Source: an uncultured Ignavibacteria bacterium
GTDB taxonomy: Bacteria; Zixibacteria; MSB-5A5; CAIYYT01
Length of the DNA stretch: 64,000 bases
NCBI GenBank assembly: GCA_964552775.1
Contig: CAZKIH010000016.1
Coordinates: 11,430 to 75,429, forward strand
Reading direction: 5' to 3'
Shown here: piece after piece, positions 9,309 through 17,075 of the stretch
Layout of the letters: each line of letters opens with the position of its first letter
Position numbering within the stretch: position 1 is the stretch's first letter
Notes under the pieces: model-generated
What the model saw: only the letters and a program-made list of their open reading frames with translations
The model's database searches: none
What the model was told of the DNA's origin: nothing
Translations under genes and position numbers: made by a program

Positions 9309-10943
9309 ATGGGCAACTACCGCATGGCTCAACCGATAAATGAGCCGATTCTCGGATATGGTCCCGGCTCGCCGGAGCGGTCAAAACTTCAGACCGCAAT
9401 CGCGGAACTCAAGTCGAAACAAATTGACATTCCGCTCATCATCGACGGCAAGGAAGTGCGGGTCGGCGAGAAGATCAAGCTCACAGCCCCGCACGACCAT
9501 TCGCTTGTACTGGGATATACTTATAAAGGCACGAAAAAGGAAACGCAGGACGCCATTGAGGTGGCTCTGGCCGCCCAGGCAGCATGGTCAGAAGTACCCA
9601 TGCAGCATCGAATCGCCATCTTCCTTAAGGCTGCGGACCTCCTGGCAGGTCCGTATCGCTATATCGTCAATGCTGCGACTATGCTGGCCCATTCGAAAAA
9701 CCCCTTCCAGGCCGAAATCGATGCCGTCTGCGAATTGGTCGATTTCTTTCGCTTCAACGCCTATTTCATGCAGCAAATCGCCGATCTGCAACCGATCAAT
9801 CCCGATCCGACAATCTGGAATCGCATCGACTATCGCCCGCTGGAAGGATTCATCTTCGCCGTCTCACCGTTTAACTTCGTTTCAATCAATGGCAATCTCC
9901 CCTCCGCTCCGGCACTGTGGGGCAACGTGGCCGTCTGGAAACCGGCCTCCAGCGTCATGTACACTTCGCACTTCTTAATGAAAATCTTCATGGAAGCCGG
10001 TCTGCCGGCTGGCGTGATTAATATGGTCACCGGCAAGGCCTCTGAAATATCCGATGTCGTGCTAAATCACGAGTACCTCGCCGGCATTCACTTCACCGGC
10101 TCAACCCCCGTATTTCAGAATATGTGGAAGACCGTCGGCGAGAATATCGCCAAGAATAAGTACAAGGGCTATCCGCGTCTGGTCGGCGAAACCGGCGGCA
10201 AAGACTTCGTTTTCGTTCACAAATCGGCCGTTCCCGAACAGGTCGCAACTGCTTTGACGCGCGGTGCCTTTGAATATCAGGGACAGAAGTGCTCGGCGGC
10301 CTCGCGCGCGTACGTCCCGAAATCACTCTGGCCGCAAATCAAGAAGACCATGCTTAAGCAGCTCAGTGAAATCAAGCTCGGTGACCCGACCGATTTCTCC
10401 AATTTTATGAATGCTGTAATCGACCGCGGCGCCTATGATACCATCAAGAAGTATGTCGACTATGCGAAAAAGGCGACTGATGCCGAAATCATCGCCGGTG
10501 GCAACTGCGATGACTCTAAGGGCTATTTCATCGACGCCACTCTGATCGAAACTACCAATCCGAAATTCAAGACGATGGAAGAAGAGATCTTTGGGCCCGT
10601 CATGACCGTCTATGTCTACAAGGACTCTGATTACGAAAAGACACTCAAGCTCTGCGACGAGACTTCGCCGTACGCACTCACCGGGGCTGTGTTCGCTACC
10701 GATCGCGACGCCGTGCTGATGGCTGAGCGCGTCCTTCGACAAGCAGCGGGCAATTTCTACATCAACGACAAGCCCACCGGCGCGGTCGTCGGACAACAGC
10801 CCTTTGGCGGCGCAAGGGCCTCCGGCACCAATGACAAGGCCGGCGCACTGCACAACATGATTCGCTGGACTTCACCCCGGACGATCAAAGAGAATTTCAT
10901 CCCGCCGACGGACTACAGATACCCCTTCTTGCGAGAGAAATAG
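9309..10943 (+). CDS. pruA: L-glutamate gamma-semialdehyde (1-pyrroline-5-carboxylate) dehydrogenase
   Basis: 544 aa aldehyde dehydrogenase. The N-terminus (NEPILGYGPGSPER..L...I.ELKS) is typical of P5C dehydrogenases. Catalytic region ETGGKDF ... EYQGQKCSAASR. Confidence 0.85.
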   Translation: MGNYRMAQPINEPILGYGPGSPERSKLQTAIAELKSKQIDIPLIIDGKEVRVGEKIKLTAPHDHSLVLGYTYKGTKKETQDAIEVALAAQAAWSEVPMQHRIAIFLKAADLLAGPYRYIVNAATMLAHSKNPFQAEIDAVCELVDFFRFNAYFMQQIADLQPINPDPTIWNRIDYRPLEGFIFAVSPFNFVSINGNLPSAPALWGNVAVWKPASSVMYTSHFLMKIFMEAGLPAGVINMVTGKASEISDVVLNHEYLAGIHFTGSTPVFQNMWKTVGENIAKNKYKGYPRLVGETGGKDFVFVHKSAVPEQVATALTRGAFEYQGQKCSAASRAYVPKSLWPQIKKTMLKQLSEIKLGDPTDFSNFMNAVIDRGAYDTIKKYVDYAKKATDAEIIAGGNCDDSKGYFIDATLIETTNPKFKTMEEEIFGPVMTVYVYKDSDYEKTLKLCDETSPYALTGAVFATDRDAVLMAERVLRQAAGNFYINDKPTGAVVGQQPFGGARASGTNDKAGALHNMIRWTSPRTIKENFIPPTDYRYPFLREK

Positions 10944-10959
10944 CTTGCACGATTCGCAG

Positions 10960-11032
10960 GTCGGGTTCGCAGCGAAGCGCCGAACCCGACTCTCCTTTCC
11001 AGCAGGCGGCAGGAACCCCTTCCTGCCGCCTG
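10960..11032. repeat. two adjacent REP-like perfect palindromes (possible terminator)
   Basis: GTCGGGTTCG (10960-69) pairs with CGAACCCGAC (10981-90). A 13-bp stem spans 11003-11032 (CAGGCGGCAGGAA/TTCCTGCCGCCTG). The first element has the CAGGTCG...CGAC flank seen in other elements of this window. Confidence 0.5.
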
Positions 11033-11163
11033 ACTACAAAATTGCCCCATATCGCGAGGCCTCACTCATCCGGAACTCCTCTCCCACTGCCGTGTTAAAC
11101 CTCTTGTAGATCGAGCAAACATTGAGATCATTAGTCCACTTATATCACATGTAGGAGCCAACC

Positions 11164-11910
11164 ATGTCAGAGGAGATTCAGGAACCCGCATCTTTCGGCC
11201 TCTCACGCCGCGAATTCGTCCAAACTGCAGCCGTTGTCGGCGCCGCCGCCGTGCTGGTCCCAGGCATGCTTGGCGAGCAATTGGCTCAGGCACAAGCGAC
11301 CGATCCCTTTGCGCTGCCACCCCTCCCTTACGCTTATGATGCCCTTGAACCACACATCGATAAGCTCACGATGGAGATTCACCACGACAAGCATCACGCC
11401 GCTTATGTCAACAATTTCAACAAGATTCTCGAAGAGCATCCCGAGCTCAAAAAACAGACACCCGAGCAGATTGTTCGCAAGATCGGCACCTTGCCGGAAG
11501 CCCTTCACACGGCGATCCGCAATCAAGGCGGCGGCCATGTCAATCACACCTTGTTCTGGAACATCATGGGACCCAAAGCCGGCGGCGACCCGGGTGGCGA
11601 AGTCGCCGCTGCAATCATCTCAAATTTTGGCGATGTAGCCAAATTTCGCGAAGAGTTCAACAGGGCAGCCGGCAGCAGATTCGGCTCTGGCTGGGCGTGG
11701 CTTGTGGTTGTCGACAATAAGCTAAAGGTGACCTCAACCGGAAATCAAGACAGCCCGCTTTCCTTTGGGCGCACTCCGATTCTCGGCATCGACGTCTGGG
11801 AACACGCCTACTACTTGAAGTACCAGAACCGCCGCACTGACTACATCGGTGCCTGGTGGAACGTTGTCAATTGGGATGCTGTGAATAAACTGTATCTGGC
11901 CGCAAAGTAA
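11164..11910 (+). CDS. Fe/Mn-family superoxide dismutase with twin-arginine signal peptide
   Basis: Contains [19 protein letters not shown], and [13 protein letters not shown]. The N-terminal extension carries [21 protein letters not shown] and an AQA cleavage-like site. Confidence 0.9.
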   Translation: MSEEIQEPASFGLSRREFVQTAAVVGAAAVLVPGMLGEQLAQAQATDPFALPPLPYAYDALEPHIDKLTMEIHHDKHHAAYVNNFNKILEEHPELKKQTPEQIVRKIGTLPEALHTAIRNQGGGHVNHTLFWNIMGPKAGGDPGGEVAAAIISNFGDVAKFREEFNRAAGSRFGSGWAWLVVVDNKLKVTSTGNQDSPLSFGRTPILGIDVWEHAYYLKYQNRRTDYIGAWWNVVNWDAVNKLYLAAK

Positions 11911-12205
11911 TTCTCTCTTTCTCCCTTCAGCGAGAATTAGCGAAGAATCGCAGTTGCGATTTCAACTTTTTCTTTGACGTTCTCGATACCTCCGCGTCTT
12001 CAGGAATAGAGCAGCCGCTCTAAGATTTTTCAGACAACCGAGCAAAACAACAGAATGGGAAGTGTCCTTGGCACCCGGTGCCTCTTGGGACCAGTCTGTT
12101 CTATGAATGGGACATCTGTACTTTTTCACCGCCAGTCGGGAATAACAGCCATAACCGGCTGTATTGAAGGCAAAGGTAAACTCAAACCTCAATCGAGGAG
12201 GAATT

Positions 12206-14224
12206 ATGAAACGCCTTCTGTTAATCGGAACTGTGCTGGTGATGTATGTTCTGGTGGTGCTAACCGCGCAAATCTTCTCCACCAATACCGGCAAGATTCA
12301 GGGCAAAATCATCAACGCCAAATCCAAGTCCCCAATTTCCTTTGCGGTGGTGCAAATCAAGGGTACTACAATGGGCGCACAGGCTGACCAAAACGGCGAG
12401 TATATCATCATCAATGTACCACCCGGAGCGCACGAACTTTGCGTCTCCCTTACTGGTTGGAAGTCCCTTTGTATCACTAATCTGGCAGTGGTCGCCAATG
12501 CGACAACAACCCAGGACTTTGCCATGGAGGAAGATACGATCAAGTCCGAGGCTCAGATCGTCACGGCAGAAAGAGATCTGCTCCGCCAGTGCGAAACTGC
12601 CAATCTTCGACAGATCACCAAGGAAAACATCAAGAACATGCCAACGTCCACGGTTACAGACCTCCTTAAGGCCCAAGTCGGTGTCGTCGAACGACACGGC
12701 AAGATTGACATTCGGGGCGGACGCTCGAACGATGTTGTATATTGTCCTCCTCCCAGCATAACTGTTGGAGGATGTTATTCACCGGCACACGGAGGCAACA
12801 CTCCCCCCAACGGCGAAGCTGTCGATGCCATGTTTTTCAAGCACTACGGCGTGAACCCGTTCATCTCGACTGATGATGACCACCTGTCGACCTTTTCGAT
12901 CGATTGCGACAATGCCTCTTACACTATGACCCGCGCCTATCTCAATGATGGCAATCTGCCTCCCGACGAAGCCGTGCGTGTCGAGGAATTTGTTAACAAC
13001 TTCAAGTACAATTACGACTATCCGCAAAATCAGGCCTTCACCGTTGACCTCGAGGGTGGCCCCTCACGATTTGGTGCAGGCTATCAACTTCTCAAGATAG
13101 GCATCGTCGGCAAGAAGATCCGCCCCGAAAATCGCAGAGATGCTAATCTCGTCTTTGTCGTCGATGTCTCCGGCTCGATGGATCGCGAAAACCGCCTTGG
13201 TCTGGTTCGACGCAGCTTGCGCATGCTGGTCGATGAACTCACCCCTCGCGACCAGGTCGGAATCGTCGTCTATGGCTCCAACGCCTGGGTCGTACTCGAA
13301 CCGACGTCGATTCGCGACAAGAGCCAGATTATTGCCGCTATTGAACGGCTTGTTCCCCAAGGCGCCACAAACGCCGAAGAGGGCATCCGCCTTGGGTACG
13401 AAATGGCCAACCGTTGCTTCGAAAAGAACTGCATAAATCGTATCATTCTCTGCTCCGATGGTGTCGCTAATGTTGGTCAAACCTCTGCGGAAGAATTCTT
13501 GAAATTCATCAAAGGTTATGCTGACAAGGGCATCACGCTTTCGGCAATCGGATTCGGAATGGGTAACTACAACGATATCCTGATGGAGAAGCTCGGCGAT
13601 AAAGGCAACGGGCACTATGCTTACGTCGATTCCTGGGAAGAATCAAAGCGCGTCTTCATGGAGAACCTCACCGGCATGTTGCAGGTGATCGCCCGCGACG
13701 TCAAGATCCAGGTCGACTTCGACCCCAACACCGTCGACCGCTATCGCCTGCTTGGCTATGAAAACCGCGACGTCGCCGACGAAAAATTCCGAGATGACAA
13801 GGAAGACGGTGGCGAAATTGGCTCCGGCCATTCTGTCACGGCTTTGTACGAAATCAAATTGAAGGACGGCGCACGCGGTAACTTGGGCACAATCTATGTT
13901 CGCTACAAAGATCCAGATTCGTATGCGGTCAGCGAAGTCGCCGAGCGCATCGGCTTAAACGTCTTCAAATCATCTTTTGAAGCCGCCTCCTCCGAATTCC
14001 GCCTGGCCGCAGCCGGCGCTGAATTTGCCGAGATTATGCGCGCCAGCTACTGGGCAAAGGGCAGCAAGCTCACCGATGTGCTCTCTGTCGTTCGTGGTGT
14101 TGATCAAGAAGAAAGAAACGATCAGGTAATCGAACTGATGAACCTGATCGCAAAAGCTGACAAACTCAAATCAGACAAAGAAAAGAACCTGACGCCGGAG
14201 CCGTTTGGCATGAGCGAAGAGTAG
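12206..14224 (+). CDS. von Willebrand factor type A protein (YfbK-like) with N-terminal CarboxypepD_reg-like and plug-like segments
   Basis: ATG at 12206 follows GAGGAGG. vWA MIDAS motif VFVVDVSGSM ... GATN ... LCSDGVAN. N-terminus GKIQGKIINAKSKSPISFAVVQIKG...NGEYIIINVPPG. The ORF track starts 42 nt upstream. Confidence 0.8.
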   Translation: MKRLLLIGTVLVMYVLVVLTAQIFSTNTGKIQGKIINAKSKSPISFAVVQIKGTTMGAQADQNGEYIIINVPPGAHELCVSLTGWKSLCITNLAVVANATTTQDFAMEEDTIKSEAQIVTAERDLLRQCETANLRQITKENIKNMPTSTVTDLLKAQVGVVERHGKIDIRGGRSNDVVYCPPPSITVGGCYSPAHGGNTPPNGEAVDAMFFKHYGVNPFISTDDDHLSTFSIDCDNASYTMTRAYLNDGNLPPDEAVRVEEFVNNFKYNYDYPQNQAFTVDLEGGPSRFGAGYQLLKIGIVGKKIRPENRRDANLVFVVDVSGSMDRENRLGLVRRSLRMLVDELTPRDQVGIVVYGSNAWVVLEPTSIRDKSQIIAAIERLVPQGATNAEEGIRLGYEMANRCFEKNCINRIILCSDGVANVGQTSAEEFLKFIKGYADKGITLSAIGFGMGNYNDILMEKLGDKGNGHYAYVDSWEESKRVFMENLTGMLQVIARDVKIQVDFDPNTVDRYRLLGYENRDVADEKFRDDKEDGGEIGSGHSVTALYEIKLKDGARGNLGTIYVRYKDPDSYAVSEVAERIGLNVFKSSFEAASSEFRLAAAGAEFAEIMRASYWAKGSKLTDVLSVVRGVDQEERNDQVIELMNLIAKADKLKSDKEKNLTPEPFGMSEE

Positions 14225-14266
14225 TTGTCAATTTCTAATCGGCGGTGAAACAAAGGGGCAAATTGT

Positions 14267-14291
14267 GAGGGCAGGCGGTGAGCCTGCCCTC
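14267..14291 (+). terminator. stem-loop after the vWA gene
   Basis: GAGGGCAGGC-GGTGA-GCCTGCCCTC, a 10-bp perfect stem with no clear U-tract. Confidence 0.35.
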
Positions 14292-14362
14292 GCGCTGTTG
14301 TACCGACCCCGACACACCATTGATATTGCCTCAAGTAATTGTGAATCGTTTATTGTCTGACA

Positions 14363-16618
14363 ATGAGCGAGTTCCCCAAACGCAGAGACGACCTGCAAGT
14401 ACAAGTGGAAAAGGTCGAAGGTATCGACCACTACACTGTCAAGTCACCCGAAACCGGAAAATTCATCCGCCTGCGTGAGCCTGAATTCTATCTGATCAAC
14501 TTACTCGATGGCACTAACTCGCCCCAAGCTGCGGCCGAGGACTTTGTCCGCACCTTCAACACAACCATCACCGTGGCGGCAATTGAACAGTTCGCCCAGC
14601 AGTTGGGAGAACTCGGCTTTCTGGAAGGCGTCGCCGCCAGCCAGAAGGACACGGGCAAATCAGTTCTCTTCATTAAGCTCAGAGCCTTCAATCCGGACAG
14701 ATTTCTCAGCCGTTGGTATCCCCGATTGCGCTGGCTCTTCTCGCCTCCTGCTGTGTTGATCATGTCAGTCTTCACGATTTTCGGGATGGGCATATTCTTT
14801 GCAAATATCAGCAAGTTTCCGTTCAGCCTGATGACGATCTTCTCGGCTGGCGATGTTATCTCGATCATTGCCGGCATCTTCATCATCACCACCGTCCACG
14901 AGTACGCCCACGCCTTCGCCTGCAAGCGCTACGGCGGCTCAGTCCATGAGATGGGGTTTCTGCTGATCTATTTCCAGCCGGCATTTTACTGCAACCTCTC
15001 CGACGCCTACCTATTCCCCAAAAAACAACAGCGCATCGTCGTGATGTTTGCCGGCATCTTCTTCCAGCTCCTGCTCTGGGCGTTATTTTCGGTCTTGTGG
15101 CGGATGACCATCGAAGGCCATCTACTGAACAGGATTTTCTATTGGACATCGGCCGTCTGCTTCGCAACTCTCGTTTTCAACCTCAACCCGGCGATAAAAC
15201 TCGATGGTTACTATTTGCTCGCCGATTACCTCCAGATCCCCAACCTGCGACAAAAGGCGTTTCGTTACGTCTGGAACCGCACCAAGGTCATGCTCTTCGG
15301 CTGTCGGGATGACTCTCTGGTACAGCCTTCGCAGCGCGAGCGCCGGATCTACCGCCGGTACGGCGTTTTCGCCATTCTCTATTCGCTGCTCTTGATAATA
15401 TTCCTCGTCTATCGGGGCGGGCAGTTCTTTGTCGAGCATTGGGCGGGGTTTGGATTTCTGTTGTTCCTTACTCTGGCATTACTTATTTTCAAACGCCTGC
15501 TTAAAACGACTGGGAGCCGCATCATGGAAGTGTGGCGTGAAAGGAAATCGGACTGGATGAAGCCAAAGCGCGTCATTTTCTATGGCGTAGCGCTGATTGT
15601 TATCCTCGTGCTGGCCATTCTAATCAAGGTCGAGCAAACCTCCGGCGGCGAAGCTCGTCTGATTGCCACTGAGTCCTTCGTTATCTCGCGAGTCGGACCA
15701 AGTTCACTCGAGAGCGCCTACTTCAAGGGGGGCGTCATCGAGAAAAACGTCTCCAAGCTCTTCCAGCTTTCCCAATCCGACAATGCCGTCACTCAAATCC
15801 AGCCGCGCGTCTCGGTCGGCGACACCGTGCACAAGGGTGACACCTTGCTCGTTATTAACTCAACCCTCAACCGTGGGCTGCTCGCCGAAGCGGCATCAGA
15901 ACTCAAGAAGGCCGAAGCTGATCGCAGACTTCTCCTGTCTGACCCGAAAGTCGAAGAGGTTGCCAAGAAGCGCTCAGAAATCAAGGAAGCCGAAGCCAAG
16001 TATGAAGCTTCGCGCAAGGAATTCAATCGCATCAAGGAACTGCGCAAGCAGGAACTAATCTCCGAGGACGAGTACGAACGGGCCTCCGCTGCCTTCAACG
16101 TCGCAACCTCCGTGTGGAATTCGCGCAAGAGCGAGCTGAAGCTCCTGCGCTCAGCCCCGAAAGCCGAAGAAGTCGAACGCATCGACGCAGAGATTGAGAA
16201 ACTTCGTTCACGCGTCGAGTACCTCGATGAACAACTTACTGCTTCCGTCATTCTCGGCCCATTCGACGGGATGATGGTCGGAACGTCGGACAATAAAGAC
16301 ATTCTCCACCTGGCTCGTACCGATACACTGGTCGTCGAAGTCAAACTTGACGAGGCTGATCTCGACATCCTCTCTCCCGGCTGTGACATGGAATTGCGTG
16401 TCCATGCCTTTCCATCGATCAAGAATCGAGGCAAGGTGATCAAGCTCAAGCTGTCTCCCGGTCTGATGGCCGTTGCTGCGGTGCCAAACGTCAATAGCAC
16501 CTTGCTTCCTGAAATGACTGGCTATGCTAAGGTTAACTGTGGCAAAGTTTCACTTGCGGGTTTGTCTCTGCGAAAGGTCACGAGATTCTTCAAGCTGGAG
16601 TTTTGGTCCTGGTTTTAG
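14363..16618 (+). CDS. fusion protein: N-terminal PqqD/RRE-like domain, M50 (site-2 protease) membrane metalloprotease, HlyD-type membrane-fusion domain
   Basis: HEYAH (in TTVHEYAHAFACKRYGG) and NLNPAIKLDGYY are S2P signatures. Multiple TM helices are present. The C-terminus has a lipoyl-like VSVGDTVHKGDTLLVI, long coiled coils and a beta-barrel segment typical of HlyD/MFP proteins. Confidence 0.8.
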   Translation: MSEFPKRRDDLQVQVEKVEGIDHYTVKSPETGKFIRLREPEFYLINLLDGTNSPQAAAEDFVRTFNTTITVAAIEQFAQQLGELGFLEGVAASQKDTGKSVLFIKLRAFNPDRFLSRWYPRLRWLFSPPAVLIMSVFTIFGMGIFFANISKFPFSLMTIFSAGDVISIIAGIFIITTVHEYAHAFACKRYGGSVHEMGFLLIYFQPAFYCNLSDAYLFPKKQQRIVVMFAGIFFQLLLWALFSVLWRMTIEGHLLNRIFYWTSAVCFATLVFNLNPAIKLDGYYLLADYLQIPNLRQKAFRYVWNRTKVMLFGCRDDSLVQPSQRERRIYRRYGVFAILYSLLLIIFLVYRGGQFFVEHWAGFGFLLFLTLALLIFKRLLKTTGSRIMEVWRERKSDWMKPKRVIFYGVALIVILVLAILIKVEQTSGGEARLIATESFVISRVGPSSLESAYFKGGVIEKNVSKLFQLSQSDNAVTQIQPRVSVGDTVHKGDTLLVINSTLNRGLLAEAASELKKAEADRRLLLSDPKVEEVAKKRSEIKEAEAKYEASRKEFNRIKELRKQELISEDEYERASAAFNVATSVWNSRKSELKLLRSAPKAEEVERIDAEIEKLRSRVEYLDEQLTASVILGPFDGMMVGTSDNKDILHLARTDTLVVEVKLDEADLDILSPGCDMELRVHAFPSIKNRGKVIKLKLSPGLMAVAAVPNVNSTLLPEMTGYAKVNCGKVSLAGLSLRKVTRFFKLEFWSWF

Positions 16619-16743
16619 TCAGCTCTTGTCAGTAAACACAATATCTTGTAGTCCTGTGCTTGTACCACCCACAAGATGTAGACTGCGAGTTTGTCCAAAT
16701 GCAAACTTGCATCCCCAAGTCGCCCATTTACTCCAAAATTAGT

Positions 16744-16772
16744 TTGACATATGTGGACATCAGACGTATACT
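16744..16772 (+). promoter_or_regulatory. sigma70-type promoter upstream of the 23-codon ORF
   Basis: TTGACA (16744-49), a 17-nt spacer, then TATACT (16767-72). It lies in an AT-rich intergenic region, with the palindrome ATGCAA-AC-TTGCAT (16699-16712) about 30 bp upstream. Confidence 0.5.
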
Positions 16773-16945
16773 TTACCAGATAATCTATATCTGCGATGAG
16801 ACAAAAGTTGAAATTCTACATGGATGTAGATTTTGGGTTGCTTCAGATAATTAGGCTAACATTGTTGGCTTGATTTATAAAATTCACCGGCGAAGGTCGG
16901 TGTCGTGGTAACCGGTTACCTTAACTTCATAGGAGGAGGTGACGC

Positions 16946-17017
16946 AGTGTATAATCTCATCATCGAAGTGCTCGAGGAGAAAGTCGCCCCAGCGAGCTAC
17001 AGCCAGGGTGGTCAATA
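16946..17017 (+). CDS. candidate small ORF (23 aa: MYNLIIEVLEEKVAPASYSQGGQ)
   Basis: GTG start 7 nt after AGGAGG (16933-38, within AGGAGGAGGTGA). TAA stop at 17015-17. An intrinsic terminator follows 25 nt later. The perfect 14-bp palindrome GGTAACCGGTTACC (16907-20) lies just upstream. Not in the ORF track because it is too short. Confidence 0.4.
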
Positions 17018-17042
17018 ACTCGACCGCATAACCGGTTTGCAT

Positions 17043-17075
17043 GGAGGACCGCCGCAACGCGGTCCTTCTGCTTTT
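17043..17075 (+). terminator. rho-independent terminator (hairpin shared with the convergent kinase gene)
   Basis: GGAGGACCGC-CGCAAC-GCGGTCCTTC followed by TGCTTTT. The U-tract exists only on the plus strand. The stop codon of the minus-strand kinase (17074-76) lies inside the T-run. Confidence 0.7.

Noticed and set aside
12070-12082. GGCACC-C-GGTGCC palindrome upstream of the vWA gene, resembling a -24 TGGCAC box.
   Set aside because: No correctly spaced -12 TTGC is present. It is most simply a short palindrome.
16946-17017. Reading the 23-aa peptide as a double-glycine (bacteriocin-type) leader.
   Set aside because: The GG is followed by a single residue (Q) before the stop, so there is no core peptide. 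No C39-peptidase ABC transporter is nearby.
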